A DNA stretch of 32,000 bases from Geotalea uraniireducens Rf4 (GTDB lineage: Bacteria; Desulfobacterota; Desulfuromonadia; Geobacterales; Geobacteraceae): positions 240,001 through 272,000 of the forward strand of contig NC_009483.1 of the NCBI RefSeq assembly GCF_000016745.1. Reading direction: 5' to 3'. Position 1 is the stretch's first letter. The number at the start of each line of letters is the position of its first letter. The notes under the pieces are model-generated. The model was given only the letters and a program-made list of their open reading frames with translations, made no database searches and had not been told where the DNA came from. Of the stretch, positions 24,985 to 32,000 are shown one piece after another. A program made the translations under genes and the position numbers.

Positions 24985-26268
24985 TTACCAGCGGGGTGAC
25001 CACGCAGGGTGAGAATCCGCGCCCTTTCCTCTCGATACGCGGGTTTGTCCGCTTCCGTCGCTTCTCATCACATAGATTGCTTCCTTGCCGCCACGCGTTG
25101 AGCTGAAAGTGATGAAGCGGCCATCCGGCGACCAGCGAGGATGCTCGTTGCTCCCCTCGGAAGTAAGCTGAACGTCGCTGCTGCCATCCGCGTTAATCAC
25201 GTATATCTGGAATCCACCGCCGTGTTGGCGGCAGTAAGCGATGCGGTCCCCCTTGGGTGACCAGCGAGGGCTGACGTTGTAGGTTCCGCTGGTGGTTAAC
25301 CGGCTGACGTTGGAACCGTCGGCGTTCATGATGAAGACTTGCGGCTTACCGAGCCGGTCCGAGACAAAGGCTATTCTTGAGCCGTCAGGCGACCATGCCG
25401 GTGAAACCTCGATGGCGCTGTTGTTGGTAAGCTTGGCCAGCTGTTTTCCATCCTTGCTGATGGTATATATCTCCGAGTTGCCGTCCTTGCTCATGGCGAG
25501 GGCGATCTTGCTGCCGTCCGGCGACCAGGCGCCGGTGACGTTAATGCCCGGTCGCGCCGAAAGGCGTGCCTCCGTGCCGCTGAACAGTTCCCGGCGGTAG
25601 AGGTCGGGATTTCTTCTTTTATAGGAAGTGTAGATGAGTTCCTTGCCGTTGGGCGAGAAGTCGGGGTTGAGGTTGATGGAGCCGTTTTTGGTCAGACGTT
25701 GCACGTTATAACCGTCGTAGTCCATCAGGCAGATCTCCTTGTTCCCGGTAGCCGTGGAAACAAAGGCGGTCTTGCCGGTGAAGGGACCCCGTTCGCCGGT
25801 AACGGCAAGCATGATCTCATCGCCGAAGGTGTGGACGATCTTGCGCAGGTCTGCACGTTTGCCCGAGTAGCGCTTGGCGGCCAATTCCTTGCCTCTTGCC
25901 ACATCGTATAGCCTGAACTCAATGGTCAGGCTGTCTGCTGAAACGGTATAACCGCTCTTGACCAGCAGGTTGGCTCCGGCAGCCTGCCAGGGTGCAAAGT
26001 CGAATTCGCCCGGTCTGATGCCGCTTTTGCTTTCTGCCGGTGGCGTGGGCATTACCGCGAACGGACCGGCCAGGGTGAGGTCAAAGCTGAAAACTTCGGA
26101 GATTCCCTTGGCAATGTCGGCGCTTGGCCCGCCGAAAAGAGAAACGGGCTGGGCAACGGCCAGCTGCATCTGCCGGTTGCCGGGGGCGGTGACCTCCAGG
26201 TAGCCCTGTTGAGCCTGGAGAAAGGAGGGTACGCAGAGCAGCAATAGTACTACAAGAAATTTTCTCAA
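24985..26268 (-). CDS. tolB: Tol-Pal system beta-propeller protein TolB
   Basis: 427 aa. TTG start overlapping the tolA stop. Signal peptide MRKFLVVLLLLCVPSFLQAQ. Repeated ...SPDG..IAF.S.R.G...IY... propeller blades. Confidence 0.92.
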   Translation of the reverse strand: MRKFLVVLLLLCVPSFLQAQQGYLEVTAPGNRQMQLAVAQPVSLFGGPSADIAKGISEVFSFDLTLAGPFAVMPTPPAESKSGIRPGEFDFAPWQAAGANLLVKSGYTVSADSLTIEFRLYDVARGKELAAKRYSGKRADLRKIVHTFGDEIMLAVTGERGPFTGKTAFVSTATGNKEICLMDYDGYNVQRLTKNGSINLNPDFSPNGKELIYTSYKRRNPDLYRRELFSGTEARLSARPGINVTGAWSPDGSKIALAMSKDGNSEIYTISKDGKQLAKLTNNSAIEVSPAWSPDGSRIAFVSDRLGKPQVFIMNADGSNVSRLTTSGTYNVSPRWSPKGDRIAYCRQHGGGFQIYVINADGSSDVQLTSEGSNEHPRWSPDGRFITFSSTRGGKEAIYVMRSDGSGQTRVSRGKGADSHPAWSPRW

Positions 26269-27044
26269 TTCTTCCCGACCCCTTGAGGCTTGAAAACAAA
26301 GCCGTACTCAAAATCCTGGCCACCCGGCGGCGGCGTAAAACTCTTTTCGGCCTTTGCTATGGCCTGGAGGACGGCATCTTCGAACAAACGGTCGCCGGAG
26401 CTGTACTCGATGCGCTGCCGGGCGATGCGGCCGGTTCTGTTAATGGTAAGCCGTACCCGCACTTCGGGTGTCTTGCTCTGGAAAGCTATGGTGGTCTTGA
26501 AAGCATCCTTGAGCCGCGACTGGATGTAGCTGGAGTAGTCGCTCCCCGCCTCCTTCCCCGTGGCCCCCGGCATGCCTGCCTGCCCTTTGTCGCTGCCAGT
26601 CTTTTTCTTGCGCAAGGCATCGAGAGCCGCAGCCGCGTGCCTGGATTCGTTTTCCCGCTCCAGTCGGGCCAGCCGCTCTTCAAAATCCCGTGCCGATTCC
26701 TGATGGTCCGGCTTTGCTCCGCTGGCTGGGGTTGCTGTCGTGGATTTAGGCCGGGAGGTGGGTGTGGGCTTGGCCGGAAGCTTCATCTCCTCTGCCTGCG
26801 GTTTCGGGGTGGGGGGGGCGACCGGTGCGGTGGCGCCGGTCGCGTTGCCGGCTGGACTGCCGGACCGCGGGCTCGCTACCGGCAGGTTCACCACATCAAC
26901 GTAATAAACCGGCGGATTGTCGGCCTGCACGCCCGACAGGATGTTGAGCTGCATAACAAGGAAAAACAAGGCGGCGTGGAGCAGGAAGGAGCAGATGAAC
27001 ATCCCCCCGGGTCCCGGCTCTTTTCTCTTCAGCGTGCGCGTCAT
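26265..27044 (-). CDS. tolA: TolA / TonB-family energy transducer
   Basis: 259 aa. ATGA overlap with the tolR stop. N-terminal TM anchor, Pro/Ala/Thr-rich spacer, C-terminal TonB_C-like domain. Sits between tolR and tolB. Confidence 0.8.
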   Translation of the reverse strand: MTRTLKRKEPGPGGMFICSFLLHAALFFLVMQLNILSGVQADNPPVYYVDVVNLPVASPRSGSPAGNATGATAPVAPPTPKPQAEEMKLPAKPTPTSRPKSTTATPASGAKPDHQESARDFEERLARLERENESRHAAAALDALRKKKTGSDKGQAGMPGATGKEAGSDYSSYIQSRLKDAFKTTIAFQSKTPEVRVRLTINRTGRIARQRIEYSSGDRLFEDAVLQAIAKAEKSFTPPPGGQDFEYGFVFKPQGVGKN

Positions 27045-27460
27045 TTTCCCTGGACAGGCTCCGTGACCATGCCGAGGCGCTCGATGCCGGCCCCCTTGAT
27101 TTCCGCCATGGTTTTTACCACCTCGCCATAGGGGACGTCCTTGTCGGCCTTGAGAAACACCTCCTTTTTCGCTTTCGAGGCAAACATGGCCGACAGCTTG
27201 GATCTGAGCTCACCGAACGGTACTTCCGATTTATTTATGAAAAGCTTGCCCGATCTTTCCAGGGAAACGACGACGGTTTCTTCCTGGGGAGTCAGTGCCT
27301 TGGTATCCGCCTTGGGCAGATTGACCTGCACTCCCTGCTGCATCATCGGCGCGGTTACCATGAAGATGACCAGCAATACCAGCATGACGTCCACCAGCGG
27401 CGTGACGTTGATCTGCGACATGGTGTTGCGGTTGCTGCTGTCCCTGCTTCCGAGCTCCAT
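27041..27460 (-). CDS. tolR: TolR / ExbD-family protein
   Basis: 139 aa. The INVTPLVDVMLVLLVIFMVTAP TM segment contains the conserved Asp. ExbD-type periplasmic domain. Confidence 0.9.
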   Translation of the reverse strand: MELGSRDSSNRNTMSQINVTPLVDVMLVLLVIFMVTAPMMQQGVQVNLPKADTKALTPQEETVVVSLERSGKLFINKSEVPFGELRSKLSAMFASKAKKEVFLKADKDVPYGEVVKTMAEIKGAGIERLGMVTEPVQGK

Positions 27461-27469
27461 CCTTCCCCC

Positions 27470-28144
27470 CTATTTCCCTGTGAAGGTCCGCTGCACGATA
27501 TTGAGAAACTCGGTGGAAAAACTGTCCATTTCTGCGATCAAGACCCGGATTTTCTGCTGGAAGTGGTTGTACCCCATGACTGCCGGGATGGCGGCCACCA
27601 GGCCGATGGCGGTGGCGATGAGTGCCTCGGCGATGCCGGGAGCAACGACGGCCAGGGAGGCTGAGCCGGTTTCGCCGATCCCCTTGAAGGCGGTCATGAT
27701 TCCCCAGACCGTACCGAACAGGCCGATGAAAGGGGCTGTGGAACCGGTCGTGGCGAGGAAGGTCAGATACTTCTCCAGCCGGGTGATCTCCGAGGTGGTG
27801 GCGCGGCGCAAGGCGCGGGAGATATTGTCGATTCCCCCCAGTTCCGTGCTGATGATGGTGGGGTCCTGCTTCTCCTCACCCTTTTCCATGAGCTTTTTCA
27901 TCTCGCCGTACCCTTCATTGAACAGCACGGTGAGGGGGGAGTTGGCAAAACGGTCGAGCTGGGCGTTGATGGCGTCAAAACGTTTCGCCTTCCAGAAAAA
28001 TTCCAGGAAGCGCTCCGACTCGCTGTTTGCCCGATGCACCTGGAGCAGCTTGTAAAAAATAATGGCCCAGGATACGACGGAAAAATAAAGCAGGATAAAA
28101 AGTACCAGTTTTACGACCAGTCCGGTCGTTGCGAATATTTCCAA
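27470..28144 (-). CDS. tolQ: TolQ / ExbB-family proton channel
   Basis: 224 aa with three TM helices and the MotA/TolQ/ExbB signature TAPFIGLFGTVWGIMTAF...AEALIATAIGLVAAIPAV. Confidence 0.9.
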   Translation of the reverse strand: MEIFATTGLVVKLVLFILLYFSVVSWAIIFYKLLQVHRANSESERFLEFFWKAKRFDAINAQLDRFANSPLTVLFNEGYGEMKKLMEKGEEKQDPTIISTELGGIDNISRALRRATTSEITRLEKYLTFLATTGSTAPFIGLFGTVWGIMTAFKGIGETGSASLAVVAPGIAEALIATAIGLVAAIPAVMGYNHFQQKIRVLIAEMDSFSTEFLNIVQRTFTGK

Positions 28145-28273
28145 GGCTTGCTACCTCCGGTTGTAATTAAATGAATTCGTAAAAAATTCATCCGTGACAA
28201 ATTCCAATAAATATTCCTTACGCGGAGCGAAGTCAATACGATTTTTGTTACGGCTATTTACAGCCGGAGCTGA

Positions 28274-29053
28274 TCAGTAAAATTCCGGTTTTCTGTCGGG
28301 GAAACAGGTGATCTGCTGCCGCCAGTTTTCCATCTCGGCAAAATTAAGGAGAGCCGTCGGCTCGCAATTCTCATACCCACCCTCGGCCAAAAGTTCCCCC
28401 TTCGGTCCGACGATGAGGCTGGAGCCGAAAAAGTCGAGCTTCCCCATGACGCCGCAACAATTGGCGGCGACCACGAAAAGCTGGTTTTCGATGGCCCGCG
28501 CCCGCAGCAGCGTCCGCCAGTGCTCATCCCGCGGCTTCGGCCATTCGCCGGGGACGACCAGGATCTCTGCCCCCTCCACCGCCAGGCGGCGCGCCAGTTC
28601 AGGGAAGCGGAGGTCGTAGCAGATGAACACCCCGATTCTCCCTACGGAGGTGTCGGCAACGAGCCAGGAGTCACCGCCGGTGAAGGAGCGGTCCTCGTTC
28701 ATCAGCGAAAAGAGGTGGATTTTGCGGTACTTGCCGGCCAGTTCGCCCCGGTCCATGACATACGCGGTATTGCAGACCTTGTCGCCGTCCGGCTCCGGCA
28801 GGCTCCCCACCAGCACCATGCCGTAGTCGGCGGAAAGCCGTCCCATCTCCTCCACCACCTCGGGCGTGCGTCTCGCCAGTTCGTTGAGTTCCCGGTAGGC
28901 AAAGCCGCAGCTCCACATTTCCGGCAGTACCGCCAGCTGGACCCCGTTATCGGCAAGCCGCGCCAAAGCATTGCGCACATACTCCACGTTTGCGTCGATG
29001 TCGGCAAGTTTGATGTTGAATTGCACTGCAGCGGCCTTGATCTGGCGTTTCAT
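28274..29053 (-). CDS. Carbon-nitrogen hydrolase (nitrilase superfamily amidohydrolase)
   Basis: ATG 29053 (MKRQIKAAAVQFN...); the track ORF extends to 29110. The Glu-Lys-Cys triad contexts are LAVLPEMW, YRKIHLF and GVFICYDLRFPE. Confidence 0.88.
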   Translation of the reverse strand: MKRQIKAAAVQFNIKLADIDANVEYVRNALARLADNGVQLAVLPEMWSCGFAYRELNELARRTPEVVEEMGRLSADYGMVLVGSLPEPDGDKVCNTAYVMDRGELAGKYRKIHLFSLMNEDRSFTGGDSWLVADTSVGRIGVFICYDLRFPELARRLAVEGAEILVVPGEWPKPRDEHWRTLLRARAIENQLFVVAANCCGVMGKLDFFGSSLIVGPKGELLAEGGYENCEPTALLNFAEMENWRQQITCFPDRKPEFY

Positions 29054-29179
29054 GGCATATCCTACGGTAATAACGTATCGGCAAGGAACAATGGCGCAGT
29101 GTAATCCCATAAACCGTGGATTTCAAGGGGGATTATTAAGTCTTGGACATTTGGCCGATGAATAGATTATTATTTTGCC

Positions 29180-30325
29180 ATGCAAACTTCCCTCTACATA
29201 CATTTCCCGTTCTGCCTGAAAAAATGCCTCTACTGCGACTTCAACTCCGTGGCGGACTCTCCGCTCAAACCGGCTGAGTATGTGGCTACGCTGGTGCGAG
29301 AGATGGAGTTGTGCGCGAAAACGCTCCGAGCGCCGGTAACCGCGCCGACCCTTTATTTCGGCGGAGGCACCCCGTCGCTCATGGAGCCGGAACTGGTCGG
29401 GGCGATAATCGATGCGGCGGCACGGCTTTTCGGGTTGGAAGCGGATGGGGAGATCACCATCGAGGCCAACCCCGGCACCCTGACCTTGGAAAAGCTCGCA
29501 GGTTACCGGACCGCCGGGGTGAATCGGCTGTCGCTGGGGGTGCAGTCCTTTGACGATCCTTTGTTGGCGCGTCTTGGCAGGGTTCATACAGCGGACGAGG
29601 CCATGGCGGCATACGCGGCGGCGAGGGCGGCCGGTTTCACCAACATCGGCATCGACCTGATTCATTCCCTCCCCGGCCAGAGCGTGGAGATGTGGCGCAA
29701 TGCTCTCGATCGGGCAACGAGCCTCGCGCCGGAACACATTTCCGCTTACGGGCTCAGTATCGAGGAGGAGACGCCGTTTTTTCGGCTGGAGGAGGCGGGG
29801 GCCTTGCCGCTCCCCGACGAGGAGGAGGCGGTTGCCATGTTCGAGGCGACCATTGAAGTACTTGCCGGCAAAGGCTATCAGTATTACGAGATATCCAACT
29901 TCGCCCTGCCGGGCTTCAGGTCGCGGCACAACCAGGTCTACTGGCGCCGCGGGAACTATCTTGGCTTCGGCGCAGGCGCCCACTCTTTCCTGCGCGAACC
30001 AGACTGGGGAGTACGGTGGAAGAATCCCGATTCTTATGTCCCTTACCTGGAAGCGGTACAGCGCTCCGTCCTCGCCGCGGAGGAACGCCACCCTCTTTCC
30101 CGGAGAGAGGCGCTTTCCGAGGCGTTTTTCCTCGGCCTGCGGCTCCTGGATGGGGTCGATCTGCGTCTCCTTGAGGGGGAGTTCGGTCCTGCCGTCGAAG
30201 AATATTTTGCCGCGCCGATCCGGGAGCTTACAGCGCAGGGACTTCTGGCCGCTGACGCCGGTCGCCTCTGTCTCTCGCCACGGGCAATAATCGTTGCCAA
30301 CCAGGTTTTTGCCAGGTTTCTTTAG
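29180..30325 (+). CDS. hemW: Radical SAM heme chaperone HemW (HemN-like, oxygen-independent coproporphyrinogen oxidase family)
   Basis: 381 aa. LYIHFPFCLKKCLYCDF carries the CxxxCxxC radical SAM motif. Also has GGGTPS, RLSLGVQSF, and a HemN_C-like tail. Confidence 0.9.
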   Translation: MQTSLYIHFPFCLKKCLYCDFNSVADSPLKPAEYVATLVREMELCAKTLRAPVTAPTLYFGGGTPSLMEPELVGAIIDAAARLFGLEADGEITIEANPGTLTLEKLAGYRTAGVNRLSLGVQSFDDPLLARLGRVHTADEAMAAYAAARAAGFTNIGIDLIHSLPGQSVEMWRNALDRATSLAPEHISAYGLSIEEETPFFRLEEAGALPLPDEEEAVAMFEATIEVLAGKGYQYYEISNFALPGFRSRHNQVYWRRGNYLGFGAGAHSFLREPDWGVRWKNPDSYVPYLEAVQRSVLAAEERHPLSRREALSEAFFLGLRLLDGVDLRLLEGEFGPAVEEYFAAPIRELTAQGLLAADAGRLCLSPRAIIVANQVFARFL

Positions 30326-30360
30326 CCCATCCAGACGCGCCTTTAATCCCGGAAAATCCC

Positions 30361-30389
30361 TTGACAAAGAACGGGTCGATTGTTACTTT
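30361..30389 (+). promoter_or_regulatory. Candidate sigma70 promoter of the hrcA-grpE operon
   Basis: Perfect TTGACA (30361-30366), 17-nt spacer, TACTTT (30384-30389), immediately upstream of CIRCE. Confidence 0.5.
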
Positions 30390-30397
30390 GTGACTGT

Positions 30398-30424
30398 TTA
30401 GCACTCGAATTCCTTGAGTGCTAA
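30398..30424 (+). promoter_or_regulatory. CIRCE operator (HrcA binding site)
   Basis: TTAGCACTC-N9-GAGTGCTAA is a perfect match to the CIRCE consensus, located 21 nt upstream of hrcA. Confidence 0.95.
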
Positions 30425-30444
30425 CGTGCATTTAGAGGTAGGTT

Positions 30445-31476
30445 ATGAAAGAGCATCTTTCTGACAGAGGCAAGCAGATTCTCGAGGCGATCATCGAGGA
30501 TTACATAGTGACAGCGGAGCCTGTCGGGAGCCGTACCATAACCCGCCGGCACCCGTTGTCACTTTCGCCTGCCACGGTGCGGAACGTGATGGCGGATCTG
30601 GAGGAGATGGGATTTCTCGTCTCGCCGCACACCTCTGCCGGACGTATCCCCACGGATAAGGCCTATCGCTTTTACGTGAACTCTCTCTTGGCGGTGAAGA
30701 ATATCGGCCGCGATGAACAGGAGGAGATCGTCAGGCGCTGCTCGCTGGCGGGCAAGGATATCGGCGAGGTGCTCAAGGAAACGAGCCGGATGTTGTCGGC
30801 CACCTCCCATTACATGGGAATTGTCATGGCGCCCCGCTTCGACTCCAATGTTTTCCGCCACATGGAGTTCGTCAAGCTTGGCAGCAGGCGGATCTTGGCA
30901 ATACTGGTGTCGCAGAACGGCACGGTGCAGAACAGGATCATCGAGGCGGATGAGGATGTGAGCGCGGCAGATCTGACCCGGATGTCCAACTACCTGAACG
31001 AACTGCTCCAGGGCCTGACCATTGCCCAGGTAAGGCACAGGCTCATCGAAGAGATGCAGAGCGAGAAGGCCCGATACGATCTGCTTCTGGCAAGGGCGCT
31101 TGCGCTTTCTTCCAAGACCCTCGATGAAGAGGATGCCCAGGTATTTATCGAGGGGCAGGTCAACATTCTGGAACAGCCGGAGTTTGCCGATGTGGGCCGG
31201 ATGAAGGATATCTTCCGCACCTTCGAGAAGAAGAGCGCCATCCTGGAGTTGCTTGACCGGGCCATGGCCGCGGAAGGGGTGCAGATATTCATCGGCTCCG
31301 AGTCCCATCTGAGTGAGATGCCGGGGATGAGCCTGATCACCTCCACCTACGTGACCGGCCAGAACACCCTGGGGGTACTGGGTGTCATCGGCCCCACCCG
31401 GATGGGGTATGCCAAAGTCATACCGATCGTCGATTATACGGCAAAACTGGTGAGCAGATTGCTGGAACTGGAATAA
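30445..31476 (+). CDS. hrcA: Heat-inducible transcription repressor HrcA
   Basis: 343 aa. The N-terminal winged helix is [25 protein letters not shown] and the C-terminus is [22 protein letters not shown]. The CIRCE site is upstream. Confidence 0.95.
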   Translation: MKEHLSDRGKQILEAIIEDYIVTAEPVGSRTITRRHPLSLSPATVRNVMADLEEMGFLVSPHTSAGRIPTDKAYRFYVNSLLAVKNIGRDEQEEIVRRCSLAGKDIGEVLKETSRMLSATSHYMGIVMAPRFDSNVFRHMEFVKLGSRRILAILVSQNGTVQNRIIEADEDVSAADLTRMSNYLNELLQGLTIAQVRHRLIEEMQSEKARYDLLLARALALSSKTLDEEDAQVFIEGQVNILEQPEFADVGRMKDIFRTFEKKSAILELLDRAMAAEGVQIFIGSESHLSEMPGMSLITSTYVTGQNTLGVLGVIGPTRMGYAKVIPIVDYTAKLVSRLLELE

Positions 31477-31540
31477 ACGCCGTTGCTGTCAAGCCGCCCC
31501 GCCGGGGTGTCTCTACAATAATGTAAGGAGATTAAGAACT

Positions 31541-32000
31541 GTGGAAAAGAAAAAGCATGGCACGAACTCGATCAGCGAGGCGCTGAAGGTAAAAGCGGCG
31601 GTGGAGCAGGAGACGGCGACGCCGGAGCCGACCCCCCAGTCTGAAACGGAAAGCGCCGATAAAATAAAACAACTGGAAGAAGCGCTGGCTGCAAAAGAGG
31701 CTGAGGCTGCGGCGAACTGGGACAAGGTCCTCCGCGAACGGGCCGACCTTGAAAACTATCGCAAGCGGGTGCAGAAGGAAAAGGAGGAGCTCCTCAAGTA
31801 CGGCAACGAGTCGCTCATCCTCGAGATCCTTCCTGCCATCGACAACATGGAGCGCGCGCTTGAGCATGCCTGCGATGAGAGCATGTCGGCAATCGTCGAG
31901 GGGATAAAGATGACCCTCTGCATGCTCCAGTCGACCCTGAAAAAATTCGGCGTTGCTCCGGTTGATGCCGGAAAGGGGACCACTTTCGACCCTGCCTATC
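31541..32000 (+). CDS. grpE: Nucleotide exchange factor GrpE (5' partial, runs off the window)
   Basis: GTG 31541 lies 10 nt after AAGGAG. The translation contains ...[51 protein letters not shown]. It is open to the window end, so it is absent from the ORF track. Confidence 0.9.
   Translation, partial: MEKKKHGTNSISEALKVKAAVEQETATPEPTPQSETESADKIKQLEEALAAKEAEAAANWDKVLRERADLENYRKRVQKEKEELLKYGNESLILEILPAIDNMERALEHACDESMSAIVEGIKMTLCMLQSTLKKFGVAPVDAGKGTTFDPAY

Noticed and set aside
28171-28191. ATGAATT-N7-AATTCAT inverted repeat upstream of tolQ
   Set aside because: It is a short AT-rich palindrome that could arise by chance. It has no second copy and no known operator consensus. It is noted but not called.
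1-32000. CRISPR arrays, rRNA/tRNA genes, transposase/IS elements, prophage or defence islands
   Set aside because: By eye there are no regularly spaced direct repeats, no tRNA-like cloverleaf signatures and no transposase or integrase-like ORFs. The only mobile element seen is the group II intron.

Overview
GC-rich chromosomal segment. Its gene content resembles a core region of a Geobacter/Desulfuromonadales-type deltaproteobacterium; this is a taxonomic guess from gene families and motifs and cannot be verified here. Most of the window is housekeeping. It holds a quinone-oxidoreductase-like MDR gene, ychJ, an SDR gene, class II ribonucleotide reductase (nrdJ), cls, rsmB, rpe, a REC-GGDEF diguanylate cyclase, an EndoIII-like glycosylase, a gamma-CA-like protein and nadA. 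It also holds tatA, a complete tolQ-tolR-tolA-tolB-pal-ybgF cluster, a C-N hydrolase, hemW, and the CIRCE-controlled hrcA-grpE(partial) heat-shock operon. Five things are not routine. (1) A thioredoxin-fold gene (16100..16660, minus strand) is split in the ORF track by an in-frame TGA. Reading through gives a U-x-x-C redox motif, a perfect GGAGG-ATG start and a SECIS-like hairpin, so it is a probable selenoprotein. (2) A GEMM-I (c-di-GMP-I type) riboswitch with its own intrinsic terminator (7500..7633) sits in front of a same-strand cluster of a DUF5684-like membrane protein, a MoxR AAA+ ATPase, DUF58 and a membrane transglutaminase. A double zinc-ribbon membrane protein follows on the same strand. 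This is the best candidate here for an uncharacterised second-messenger-gated envelope module. (3) An apparently intact group II intron (~2469..4393) with an En-less RT/maturase is inserted directly after the ychJ terminator hairpin, which is class C-like behaviour. (4) nrdJ ends right after the catalytic core with no Cys-rich C-terminal tail, and an unannotated 57-aa CxxC-x13-CxxC zinc-ribbon ORF lies 5 nt upstream of it. (5) Several structured intergenic repeats have no obvious function. The many long ORFs antisense to or overlapping real genes are treated as GC-rich shadow ORFs. No CRISPR array, rRNA or tRNA was seen.
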